Shown here: in pieces, positions 23,601 to 33,950 of the stretch | How the letters are laid out: every line of letters starts with the position of its first letter | Numbering within the stretch: the first letter of the stretch is position 1 | Assembly (NCBI GenBank): GCA_030248215.1 | Contig: JASANG010000727.1 | Coordinates: 186,001-250,000, forward strand | DNA: 64,000 nt | From: Enoplolaimus lenunculus | Lineage: Eukaryota | Direction: 5' to 3' | Position numbers and translations under genes: made by a program | Notes under the pieces: generated by a model | Seen by the model: only the letters and a program-made list of their open reading frames with translations | What the model was told of the DNA's origin: nothing | The model's database searches: none

Positions 23601-26600
23601 AAAAACCCCATGAATAATCTGACACATAATAACTAAAAACTGGCTTTTCTACTAAACATTCGAACATACATCACCTTACACGTAAACTTTAGCCTAAGCC
23701 TAATCCTAAACCTTCGTAATGCCCAGCGTTTGTTCGTTTTGTGCCGTGCCACTGGGTTTTGAAAATTTTTTGCATATTTAAGCCTCTTAAGACACCCAGC
23801 GGGTTTCTGTACACTTCGTCATACAAACGCAAGGGTAAAATATGAGGAAGATATACATTGGGACAGATGGGACAGATGGGACAGTTGGGACAGATGGGAC
23901 AGATGGGACAGTTGGGACAGTTTGGACAGATGGGACAGTTGGGACAGTTGGGACACTTGGGACAGATGGGACAGATGGAACAGCGGGACAGACGAGACCA
24001 TTGGGACAGATGGGACAGTTGGGACAGATGGGACAGTTGGGACAGATGGGACAGTTGGGACAGCGGGACAGATGGGACAAAGACACCCAGTGGGTTTCTG
24101 TACACTTCGTCATACAAACGCAAGGGTAAAATATGAGGAAGATATACATTTGGACAGACGGGACAGATGGGACACTTGGGACAGTCGGGACAGCGGGACA
24201 GATGGGACAGATGGAACAGCGGGACAGATGAGACAGTTGGGACAGATGGGACAGTTGGGACAGATGGGACAGTTGGGACAGCGGGACAGATGGGGCAGAT
24301 GGGACAGTTGGGACAGTTGGGACAGTTGGGACAGATGGGACACTTGGGTCAGATGGGACAGATATATGGGTATATATGTATGTATATTATATATACCTAC
24401 GTAAATATATCTGCATGTGCATATGTAAACAGGAGCGTATATATAAGTGTGCACCCCGGGTATATTTGTGTTCCGGGCAATTGGGACGGCCTTTATAGTA
24501 AAACATGGGCCAAAGTCTACATGATTCAAACTTACTTTACTGGATTTCCTTCTGGCCCATCCAGAATGTCATAGCGACACACAGGCATTGGTACAACGGC
24601 AGTTTGCAAGCTCGTGGTCAGTGGTGACACCTCGAGATCTTGGCTAACAGTCTTGTCGGCTTCCATGTAAAAGCATTGGAACGTTATTGCTTGATCAACC
24701 TGTAAAAATAACGGCAGTTGCATGAATAAATAGTAGCGAGGGAAACCAAGCTAAAATTATGTTAAATTTGCTAATTTTAACATCAACCTGTACAATGACG
24801 GCAGTTGCAAGCATATATATACACTGCAAAAATTAGTGAGTCAAATTGACTATCTTCGAAATAAGCTTTTCGGACAACTTCAAAACTGAGTCAAAATTCG
24901 ACTCCGCCACTGTCAAATTAAATTAACTGATTCCCTCGGTGAATCGAATTTAACTCTGGTGAAGTCGAATTTGATACTGTTTATGCAGTCCGGAAAAGTC
25001 TATTTCGGAGAGAGTCAATTTGATTCACCATTTTTAGCTGTGTATATATTGTTTCGTATAATTTTAAAATTATTCTCAATTTGTTAGTTTAATCAAAAAT
25101 AATAGCAGCAAGGATGCGACTGTGAGTATAAAACGCCGGTACCATTAGTCAGACGCAAACCATAATTACATAGCTAACATTATGATAAAGTTGTTAATTT
25201 TAACAGAAATTTGTGTTTCGTTAAAAATTCGTTTTAAAATATATTTCTAATTTCAAAGTTTCTAGGCGACTTTATCACTGAAGAATTATAGAAGTTCGTG
25301 TTTCACAATATTATAACGCCTTTGCCATGAAATCTACAATGTTTTTTATAGTTTTAAGCGAAGATTCTAACAAAACGTTTGTCAAAACCATATATCGATA
25401 GGCCTTTGAAGCTACAACCATAGGATGCGCTCACGTTTTGAGTAGGTACACTGTAAAAAATGGGGAGTCAAATTGACTGTCGGAAATAGGCTTTTGCTGA
25501 CTACACAAACTGAGTCAAATTTGACTCCGCCAGAGTCAAATTCGGTTCACTGAATCACTAAGTGAGTCCAATTTGACTCTGGCGGAGTCAAAGTTGACTC
25601 AGTTTGTGTAGTCAGGAAAAGCCTATTTTCGAGAGAGTCAATTTGACTCCCCATTTTTTACAGTGTAGTGTACTGCGTACAAGCGTAAAAATTGTTTTAT
25701 ACCCTAAATACTGCGTATTATTTCAAAAAAAAGCTCATAGCAAATTCTACGTGAACAGAAGTTTACTTTAAGCATTTAAAAAATTCTCCATTTCAACTAA
25801 AATCTAATTGTTTGCAATATTTGCAACCGAAGCGAGCGCACGTCGAGCACAAATATCACTATGCAGCCAAAATCTTGTTATAGAATAAATGCATAAACTA
25901 CATATAACTTAGAACTATAAAGATTTGTAGCCCATGTTACTTTTAGGGGCGTCCAGGTTTCTGGTGGGTCTATAAAAGACTAGGTTTAGATTCTAGATTA
26001 CATTTTTTTGCTTAGGCTTAGGCTTAGGAACTGTTTTTTGCAACGCTTAGGCTTGGGCTTAGGCTTGGGAATACGCTTAATCTACTGTTACGCCCCTTAA
26101 TGTACCATTGGCCGAGATTTTTGTATCAAGTATGTATACAAAATCAGCTGAAACCGTGCCCAAAACACGTATATGGGACGTTCAAGCTTTAATTATATAG
26201 ATAAAATGCTATCTAGTGATTGGTAAACAACAAGAATAAAAATTCCATCACGTTTGTAACTTTTATACTAAAAAGCGACAGAAATGTTTACTTTTGTCAC
26301 AAACAGCGGATGGAACTGAATGATCAGTGTTGTTCGAACGAATATTCCTCGTGGTTCAAGGGACCGTTCTCGGACCACATTGCATGAGTCGAATGGCAGC
26401 GAAATACTCGCATCACCCGATTGCCGGCAACCCTGAATTTAAAAATATTTGGATTTTTTGTAATGCAACAAATTTCATAAAGTCAATTTGGAAACAACTG
26501 TCACAATTTCTCGTCTGCTGATGAATTCAAAGATGCGACGAATCCTCAATGCCCATTAGTTCCGCTTGGAATGTTGGCTGTCGAATACTACGTATTGTTC

Positions 26601-27076
26601 AGGACAGTTCAAAAATTTACAGGAAACCTTATAATCAATATTTTCGGCACTCGACATAATACCTTATTTGACCGAATGAATGAAAATTCACTTATATCAT
26701 TGGTGGTAAAAATATGAGAGATTACGTTAACATCATACGAGCTACTTGTATATAGAAGATTTTGAGTAGGTATATTACGCTTTTGGCCAGTTTTTTATTT
26801 GATGGTTAGGTGCCCATTAACCTTTTTTGCAAAATTGTCAAAATTTGCAGTAAATCCTTCAAATCAAATCGAGTAAACGCTTACATCCTGTGCGTACAGT
26901 CCTTTGACATAAACATGACCTTCGAATGGATTTCTTGTTGGGAAACTGACTGAAATTTCGCTTGCACCACATTGCACTTCAGGATCGCCGTCAATGCCGT
27001 TGTCAACCGGAATGGCTCGCACGCGTTTGAACGCTAAGCAGCATAAAGCGACCGAAATTAGAAGCTTTGAAAACAT
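20243..27076 (-). CDS. cut-1: Cuticlin-1-like ZP-domain protein A, 6 exons: complement(join(20243..20605,21748..21915,23486..23591,24536..24699,26292..26432,26885..27076)), 377 aa
   Basis: Signal peptide then [89 protein letters not shown]...FQCQI; basic RSKR site and C-terminal TM. All introns GT-AG and in phase (1134 nt). The symbol denotes cut-1/cut-3-like family, not proven orthology. Confidence 0.93.
20632..21121. mobile_element. AT-flanked TIR element (ISL2EU/PIF-like MITE) in cuticlin A intron 5
   Basis: AT|GGGTCATCCGCGTTA...TAACGTGGATGATCC|AT; related to 29820..30777. Confidence 0.65.
21524..21689. mobile_element. hAT-like MITE family H
   Basis: Perfect 8-bp TSD ATTCTGGA; ends GGCTACGGGCCCG. 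Confidence 0.8.
21748..21915 (-). CDS. cut-1: Cuticlin A exon 5
   Basis: [19 protein letters not shown]...QCQIAITIK; tttaag / GTAAAT. Confidence 0.92.
22020..22219. mobile_element. CACTG MITE family C
   Basis: TA TSD, TIRs. Confidence 0.85.
23228..23383. mobile_element. Telomere-repeat MITE family A
   Basis: TIRs and (GCCTAA)n. Confidence 0.8.
23486..23591 (-). CDS. cut-1: Cuticlin A exon 4
   Basis: [14 protein letters not shown]...VDDGA; tttcag / GTAAGT. Confidence 0.92.
23789..24361. repeat. Compound minisatellite: two (GGGACAGA/TT)n 9-bp arrays, each preceded by the same ~70-bp spacer
   Basis: Spacer AAGACACCCAG...GAAGATATACATT at ~23789 and ~24080; source of all overlapping low-complexity ORFs. 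Confidence 0.92.
24536..24699 (-). CDS. cut-1: Cuticlin A exon 3
   Basis: [16 protein letters not shown]...PEGNPV; ttacag / GTAAGT. Confidence 0.92.
24822..25042. mobile_element. CACTG MITE family C
   Basis: TA TSD, TIRs. Confidence 0.8.
25449..25665. mobile_element. CACTG MITE family C (near-perfect palindrome)
   Basis: TA|CACTGTAAAAAATGGGGAGTC...GACTCCCCATTTTTTACAGTG|TA. Confidence 0.88.
25929..26113. mobile_element. Telomere-repeat MITE family B nested in a Helitron-like remnant
   Basis: TIRs, TTAGGC tract; flanks resemble 12139..12393. Confidence 0.8.
26292..26432 (-). CDS. cut-1: Cuticlin A exon 2
   Basis: [19 protein letters not shown]...FHPLFVTK; attcag acceptor, GTAAAC donor. Confidence 0.92.
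26885..27076 (-). CDS. cut-1: Cuticlin A exon 1
   Basis: MFSKLL...GLYAQD, donor GTAAGC. Confidence 0.92.
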
Positions 27077-27252
27077 TTTTGACGACTTTGCTTCGAAGGA
27101 AAATGACAGCGAAGTTTAATAAAGCGCAAGCGGGAAGCTGAAAGCTAAAATATGTAATCAGTATGCGATTCTGTGCTATGTTTTAAAACTGTTGCATCTG
27201 GTTTTGCAACTTCTTATGGCTTATCTCAGTAAAGTCTGTGCGTCAGCCAGCC

Positions 27253-27508
27253 GACCCATGTAAAGATCAGTGGTGGAACGTGTTTCTGTGGGACTAGAAA
27301 AGAGTAAGCTTAAGCTTTAGACTATTTTTTGTTTGGCTTAGGCTTAGGCTTACTCTTTTCCAGTCCCACAGAAAAACGTTCCGCCACTGATCTTTACATG
27401 GGTCGGCTGACTGACGCTCACAGACTAATTTTTTGTTTGGCTTAGGCTTAGGCTGAGGCTTAGGAATACGCTTATAATACTGTTCCGCCTATGTTCTTTA
27501 TATTGGCC
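27253..27508. mobile_element. Family A MITE with internal inverted duplication
   Basis: 27348..27426 is the reverse complement of 27233..27309. Confidence 0.8.
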
Positions 27509-27659
27509 AGTAAGCCCAAAGTTCTGTCAGAAATGTCCGAATCGGAACCGGAATTTGAATGGCAATTATTTTTTGTAATGCTTTGTTTCATGTTTATGAA
27601 AAATGACAAAATCATACAATTCTTGTTTAGTTACTACTTCAAGCGCAAATTTGCTACTC

Positions 27660-27828
27660 GGCTCATGTAAAGGTCAGGGGTGGAACATAGTAACCTTAAA
27701 CTTTGGACTAATTTTATTGCTTAGCTTAAGCTTAGGAATATGCACATTCTTACGCTTAGGCTTAGGCTTAGGCTTAGCCTTAGCATTATGCTTCTACTAC
27801 TGTTCCGCCCCTGTTTTTTATATACGCC
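27660..27828. mobile_element. Telomere-repeat MITE family A
   Basis: TSD tgctactc/tgctcctc. Confidence 0.8.
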
Positions 27829-28115
27829 TGCTCCTCTAAACCACTTCTGTCGAAACAATCGCGCAAGCAATTTTCGTGTCAAATTGAAGTCACTTCTTAA
27901 AACCTTTTTCTACCATTTATAAGTAGAAAAATAGAAAAATATTTCTGTACAACTAACTTTTACCAACTAAATGTAACCTAAGCTAAAAATCAAAACGATG
28001 CGTTGAAATAAATTCAGTTAAAATAGAGGAAATTCAGGCAATCGAAATATAAAACGAAATTGGCAGTGGAACTTGGCTGAATTTTAGCCGGAATGAAAAT
28101 TCCATTGAACCTAAA

Positions 28116-28271
28116 GGCCCATGTAACTTTAAGGGGTGTCGAGGTTTCTGGTGAGTCTACAAAAGAGTAGATTTAGATTCTAAATTTACATTTTTGCTTA
28201 GGTTTAGGCTTAGGCTTAGGTTTAGAAATACTCCTTAATCTACTGTTGCGCCCCTTAAAGTAACATTGGCC
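28116..28271. mobile_element. Telomere-repeat MITE family B
   Basis: 9-bp TSD gaacctaaa/gaacctaat. Confidence 0.85.
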
Positions 28272-29009
28272 GAACCTAATCGGTAAACGTAAACTTTAAA
28301 AGTAACCAAAACCAAGACGTATGTATAACTTCAACAGAATGCAACTGCCAAAAAACACAAACATTGCCAATTGACGATCAGGTACTATAAAACTGAACGA
28401 ACGCAACGAAATGGTAAAACAAAATGTTTTCGACTGATTTATCGTTGCTTTGCAGCAAATCGAGCCTTTATATGCAGTCAATTCTGACACAATTTCAGTA
28501 AATTGTGAAAAATTTGTCAAATATCAACTGAAAACATTGGACATGACAGCTACAATACGGCATAAAACAGTTGGCAAATCAATATCACCGAAACTAATTC
28601 GTATATATACTTTTTACACACATTATACTTAGATTTTTAAGAAATCTTTTTTTCTATGGTGAAAATTCAAATAATCGTTTAAAAAAACTACAATTTTAGG
28701 CTATTATAATTATTGATTTTGGTCAAAATTGTCACTTGCTCTATGAACACTGGTCAGTTTTTTGCTTATATTGCAATCAATTTAAAACAATTTAAATGTC
28801 ATAAAATATTGAGAAAGTCTTCAAAATGAGTACTTTTTCTTAATAAGTAGGTTATGAATGACATATCTAATGTGGTTTAATTAAGCATTGGTTTTAATGA
28901 AATAGTTCCGCATATTGCTGGAGAAAAGTGGCATTACCATATAAACGTTTACGTGTATCTGCAGTTCAGTATTGCGAATTTAGTATTAACTTGAACCATA
29001 TCAAATAAT

Positions 29010-29204
29010 GGCTCATGTACAGAACAGGGCCGGATCGTTTTCTGGAGGGGCTGTAATTGAGTCATTTAAAGCTTTAGGCTGACTTTTGCTTAGGGTTAGG
29101 CTTAGGCTTAGAAATAGGCTCGTCCATACGCTTACGCTTAGGCATAGGCTTAGGCTTAGGAATATGCTTATATTACTGTTCCGGTCCTGTACTATACATG
29201 GGCC
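29010..29204. mobile_element. Telomere-repeat MITE family A
   Basis: TIRs and TTAGGC tract. Confidence 0.8.
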
Positions 29205-29819
29205 CAAACGCATAGAAACCTTTGCTATTGAAAAAGTACCCCGAAGAAAAGTATTAATTGCACATAATGCAATCGATCTGAGCGGCAGGAAGACTGAAAT
29301 GTATCATTAAACGTTTCGTTGCGTTAATTGCACAAAGGGACAGTGATCGGCAATATTGTCAAGGACACTGTTTTTCCCTGATCGAATCTTAAAACGGGCT
29401 CATCCCGCATGCTCTCAGGAGTCAATTTTGTAACTGATAAGTTGTAGTTGTTATTATTATTATTATTGTTAATATTATTATTATTATTATTATCGTTATT
29501 ACAATTGGCTTTGCTGTTTGATGAAGTTACCTTCATATATATCTTGTTATTGCATTTTTAAGCATGTCTGCCTGTTGATGACAGCCAGGTACTCTCACTC
29601 GCTAACCCCTTTTTGTTGAGTCCCTTCTCTTTATTACTTTTGCGCGAACATAGTAAACGACGCGGGTTTCGTTCCCAGCTACTGACATCTGAAAAATGTT
29701 ATCCCACATAATGTTCTTGGCTGGTATAGTTGTTGATGTTTGTCGCTATTAATTCCTATCTTGTTTCATGTACATACGTACTGGCTGGCGTCATAACCTG
29801 GAGTATGTTTCTCGTTAAT

Positions 29820-30777
29820 GGGTCATCCACGTAATACTGTCTACGCTACTGTAAAAAATTGTCCACACCCCTAGTTTCAAGGGCTGGACAAAACGACATT
29901 GTTCTTACAATGTTAAGACTTTACACAAGGTGTACCTAGCTAGTTCGTTTTGGCAGTAGTCCCTTCGAAGGGACTAAGGACAAATTAGACACTGTCTGGA
30001 CACAGTGTCTGACATCGGGACGTCCGAAAAAGAGCTTGTTGACAGTCCACAGCCCGTAACTAGGGCTTGCTTAAAAACGTTGCAGTGTTCTAAAAATTTT
30101 ACTTTCTTAAAAATTAACTGCAACCAGTAATTTTTAAAAGAGGGGGCAGGAAGGTTTTTGCCGGTAAAAGATAACTTGTAAGAGAACGACCCGCCCCATT
30201 CAAGCAGAGCAGGTTAGAATATAATAACTCTGGTATACCAGAAAGTTAAACCCCGGTGTCCCTGTCGAAATTTTGTCGTGACCGGTGAGGGGGGGGGGGG
30301 CGGCGGCTGGGGTGTAAGTATATAGCTCCGGAACCCTACACTGTTGTCCCCCAGGGGAGGACGGGCGAGTAGGAACCCTTTAACGTCGCACACCAAGCCC
30401 AACGGTAGTTGCACCCTTCTTTCGCCCGTGGTTGCGGCATACTCAATATTAAGCTCTACAATAGTCTCTTCAAACAGACTCTGTAAAACAGAGTCCCTTG
30501 AAACAGACTCTTTAGATGACTAAACAGAGTCTGTTCTGACAGACTCGGGACAAAACAGTTGTCCTTCATATGACGCATTGACAGTGTAGCATGGGTATGG
30601 ACGGCAATGTGACAAAGTATAGGCTGTTTGGAGAGTATGCGAGTTGTCCGGAAGGTCTATACAGGATATGGGTGACATTTGGACATGTCATTTAGTAACA
30701 CTACAACTACAAAGTGAGGGGCTCGTAAGTGGGGACAATTTTTTACAGTAGCGTAGACAGTATAACGTGGATGACCC
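29820..30777. mobile_element. ~960-bp AT-flanked TIR element (ISL2EU/PIF-like, non-autonomous)
   Basis: ~50-bp TIRs GGGTCATCCACGT.ATACTGTCTACGCTACTGTAAAAAATTGTCC, AT on both sides. Confidence 0.75.
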
Positions 30778-33089
30778 ATAGGGTATTGTCCCACGAAACT
30801 TAGGAAGCTTAGTTGTTCGTAGGGTACTTTTGACATGTCTCTGAGGTACTCTCGACCCTTCTTTTTCTTCATATGATTGAATTTTAAAAGGTACAGTCGG
30901 CAGTGCCAGGCGGTGATCGTGTCAGCGACACTACTGTCGGAGCGACTATTACTTACTTAGTGCCTGAGAGACACTAATGCTATTTAGGGATCATATGTCC
31001 ATACTCACGGTTTATGTAGTTTGTTGTTGTTGCGAATTTTTCTCTTAATTTTTCTGGCTTTAGTATCTTCGATGTCCTGCATTATTATTTTGTATACGTA
31101 TGTGTCTACTCGATGTTGATGGAATCACTCAGATTTTAGTTTGGTATCCTTTTAAGTTTTGAACTCCCCAATGACTAGATGTTTGCTTGAAAAATGACTA
31201 GAAGATTGACTAAAGATCGCACCGGTAGGCTGACTAGACCTCATTGGAATTTGGACCGGATGCTGTTTTCACTCTGAATACTCCACCCCAAGTGCCGACT
31301 AGATCTTCGACTAGACTTACCACCCCAGCACTGACTAGGCGTTACACGACTAACAATTTATAACTTAACAAAAGCACCAGTATCCTAGCGCTTACTTTCT
31401 TAGTATTTCCTCCTCTAGAGATTAAAATTTCAAACCTTTCAGTTGAGATTTGCAAAGGAAACTCTGTACTTAAATGAGTACAGCCAGAACGGGGGCGCCC
31501 CCCTGACAGGAACAAGGAGCCCCGGAGACCCGTTTTACCTGCCCCTTCGGATTGTTGGGAGGAGCCTTGAACCATGTGCGGGTCGATACTGTCTGGGAAT
31601 TTTTGAGTCGGCCTATTAGCTCCCCTAATGTGGCCCTTGGTATACATATGTATTAGTATTTGTAATATAGTGTACATTAGATAAGGTGCGTACACATATA
31701 GTGAAATTTCTGAGTTGAACACTGCTGGGCTACCGATAGTTGAGGGTAAAGGGGGGCGCGGAGATCCAGGTCTACTGCAAAATGGCATTATCCACCCACG
31801 TTTACTTCCTGGCCCCGTCACGCCATTTAGAAGCGCATCTGCCTCCAATTTTTTCCTGGGAAATCAAGATTCCAGTATCCAGGCCCCCGGACGTTTCTGA
31901 CAGTACATCAATCACCAAAATTCACAGAAACTACAACGAGCACTGAAGACACGTGTAAACGGTAGAAGCTCGGAGAGGGGTAGAGAGGGAGAGAGAGCAC
32001 TGACGGTAGGAAGCTCATCGGCTAGGGTTAGAAAAACGAGAGAGGGTTCGGCGCACTGGGTTATGGAACCTTCGCATACGAAAGCCGACCTAGATGTTTT
32101 GACTGGGCTCAGGTTAATCACAGGGGATCTTTATCCTATTGGTGGAGACTTAGGGCGCCTACCTGCACAGTATACCCCTTTCAACGAGCCTCAGGATTGT
32201 AAAACTACTAGAATTTCTATTGCACTCGCTGAAAGTGATTAATGTGTTTTGCAAAGCACGCGAAGCCCCGGGTTCAGAAATTTTCGACTGATCGGTAGTT
32301 GCCTGCGTCGTGGGGTTTTGAGACACAAATTAGTGGTTAGAATAAACAGGGGGAATGATTTTCCCAGTTTGGACCCCTAGGTTTTCCCAAGGCAATCTTT
32401 GTTCCGGCCCCGCGACGAGATCAGAGTTTCATATAGACATAGACTTACAGGGAGGCAACCCAACGGATATGTATCTGTGTCCCCAGTGCAGTAACCGCAG
32501 CCCGTAGCATATTTAGCGTTTACATACAATCTTACTGTCCAGTCAGAAATTGCGTTCTGAAGGGGAGCTGCAAGCTGTTTGCACAAGAAGCGGCGGTATT
32601 GATCAGAGAGGGTTGGGGGTGTGCTCCGTGGAGGAAGAAAGGGAGAGACTGTCTGCAATGACAGTTTGAAATTTTAAAATTTTGAATTTTCAGTTAAGCC
32701 ACGCCTCGCATCAGCCTAAGGGAAATAAACAGTAGAGCGGCGGTTTATTGTTTTTAGGAAGGCTGAGTTTTAGGGCCAGCGAATTGTTGTTTTCGAAATT
32801 CAGGTGCAGAGCTGGCGCTCTTGGGTTCGGTACACCGGGTTGGCCGAGTAAGCCGTCCCGGCTGCCGTTTTAGGTCGAAAACCAGAATCTTGAGAAAATA
32901 TTGAATTTTGTGGCACTTAACTTTTGAGATGTCATTCCAATTTTAGGGCTCCTGGGATTCTAAATTTAGTACCGATTGTCTTGGCCTTCTGTTTTGGCCA
33001 AGAAAGCCACTCCGAACCTGCACAGTGAACGAATGTCTGAAATTAGGGTGAATGTAGGTTACGAGTACCGGTCGCGAGTTGGGTTTCTA

Positions 33090-33950
33090 GAAAATTTTGA
33101 CTGTCATTTTCTAGAATATAGCATGTAGACTGGCATTAAGCAATTCCCCGCACCGTGCCGACTAAGAAAATCACCCCGATTATGGCCCGCAATGCGGTAG
33201 TCAAAAGTTATAGACATTTTAAAACTTCGAGATTTTGGGCGTGTGCGACCGGAGGCCCGACTCCGAAAAATGCAATTTTTACTTTTCCGGAATCGGATGT
33301 TAAAATTAATGCCATTCGACTCAGCTCGCTGAGCTGATCAAGAGAACCACCCCAAACCGGGTTCGGAAACAAAAACTTAAAAAGTTACGGCCATATGAAA
33401 ATTTTGATAAATTACGTGTACACACATTACGGATCCGGCCCGAAAAACGCGATTCTAACTTTTCCGAACTACGGGGTTAAACTTTACATCATTCGATTCG
33501 GTTTGGCGAGTAGAGCAAGAAAACCACCCCAAACATGGTCTGCAAACCCATAGGTAAAAAGTTATGGTCAATTGGAAATTTCGAAATTTTGTGTGTACAC
33601 GCTTTAGGGATACGGCTCCGAAAAATGCGATTTCACTTTTTCGGGGTACGGCGTCAAATTTGATGCCATTCGACTCCCCGTGTTGCGCAGAGCAAGAAAA
33701 CTACCCCGAACACGGTCCGCAAACGAATACTTCAAAAGTTATGGGCCTTTGAAAATTCTGAAAATTTGCATGTTTATGCTTTACGGAGCGGACCTCAAAA
33801 ATGCGATTTTCACTTTTACAGGACCCAACGTTAAGAGTGGTGCCGTTAGATTTCTCTCGTTGCCCTGATTCCGAAAACCACCCCTGATATGGTCCGCAAG
33901 TGAATATTTAAAACGTTATGATAGATTGAAGCTTTGGAAATTTTGGTGAT
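33090..33950. repeat. Degenerate ~178-bp tandem repeat (about 4.5 units)
   Basis: (C)GAAAAATGC(G/A)ATTT at ~33264, 33441, 33619, 33797; AAAACCACCCC and AAAGTTAT recur at the same period. Confidence 0.8.

Noticed and set aside
23689..24574. Overlapping 60-160 aa ORFs (CPICPN, GQMGQL, GTDGTV; collagen- or metallothionein-like)
   Set aside because: All derive from a stop-free 9-bp tandem repeat inside cuticlin A intron 3; open in most frames, no gene structure
26327..26521. Plus-strand ORF duplicated at 45118..45312 (also 20218..20505 and 21664..22129)
   Set aside because: Antisense or alternative-frame shadows of cuticlin exons; conserved only because the locus is duplicated
31898..31900. Selenocysteine/readthrough TGA in frame 31685..32242
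   Set aside because: No recognisable protein family, start or SECIS; more likely decay or chance
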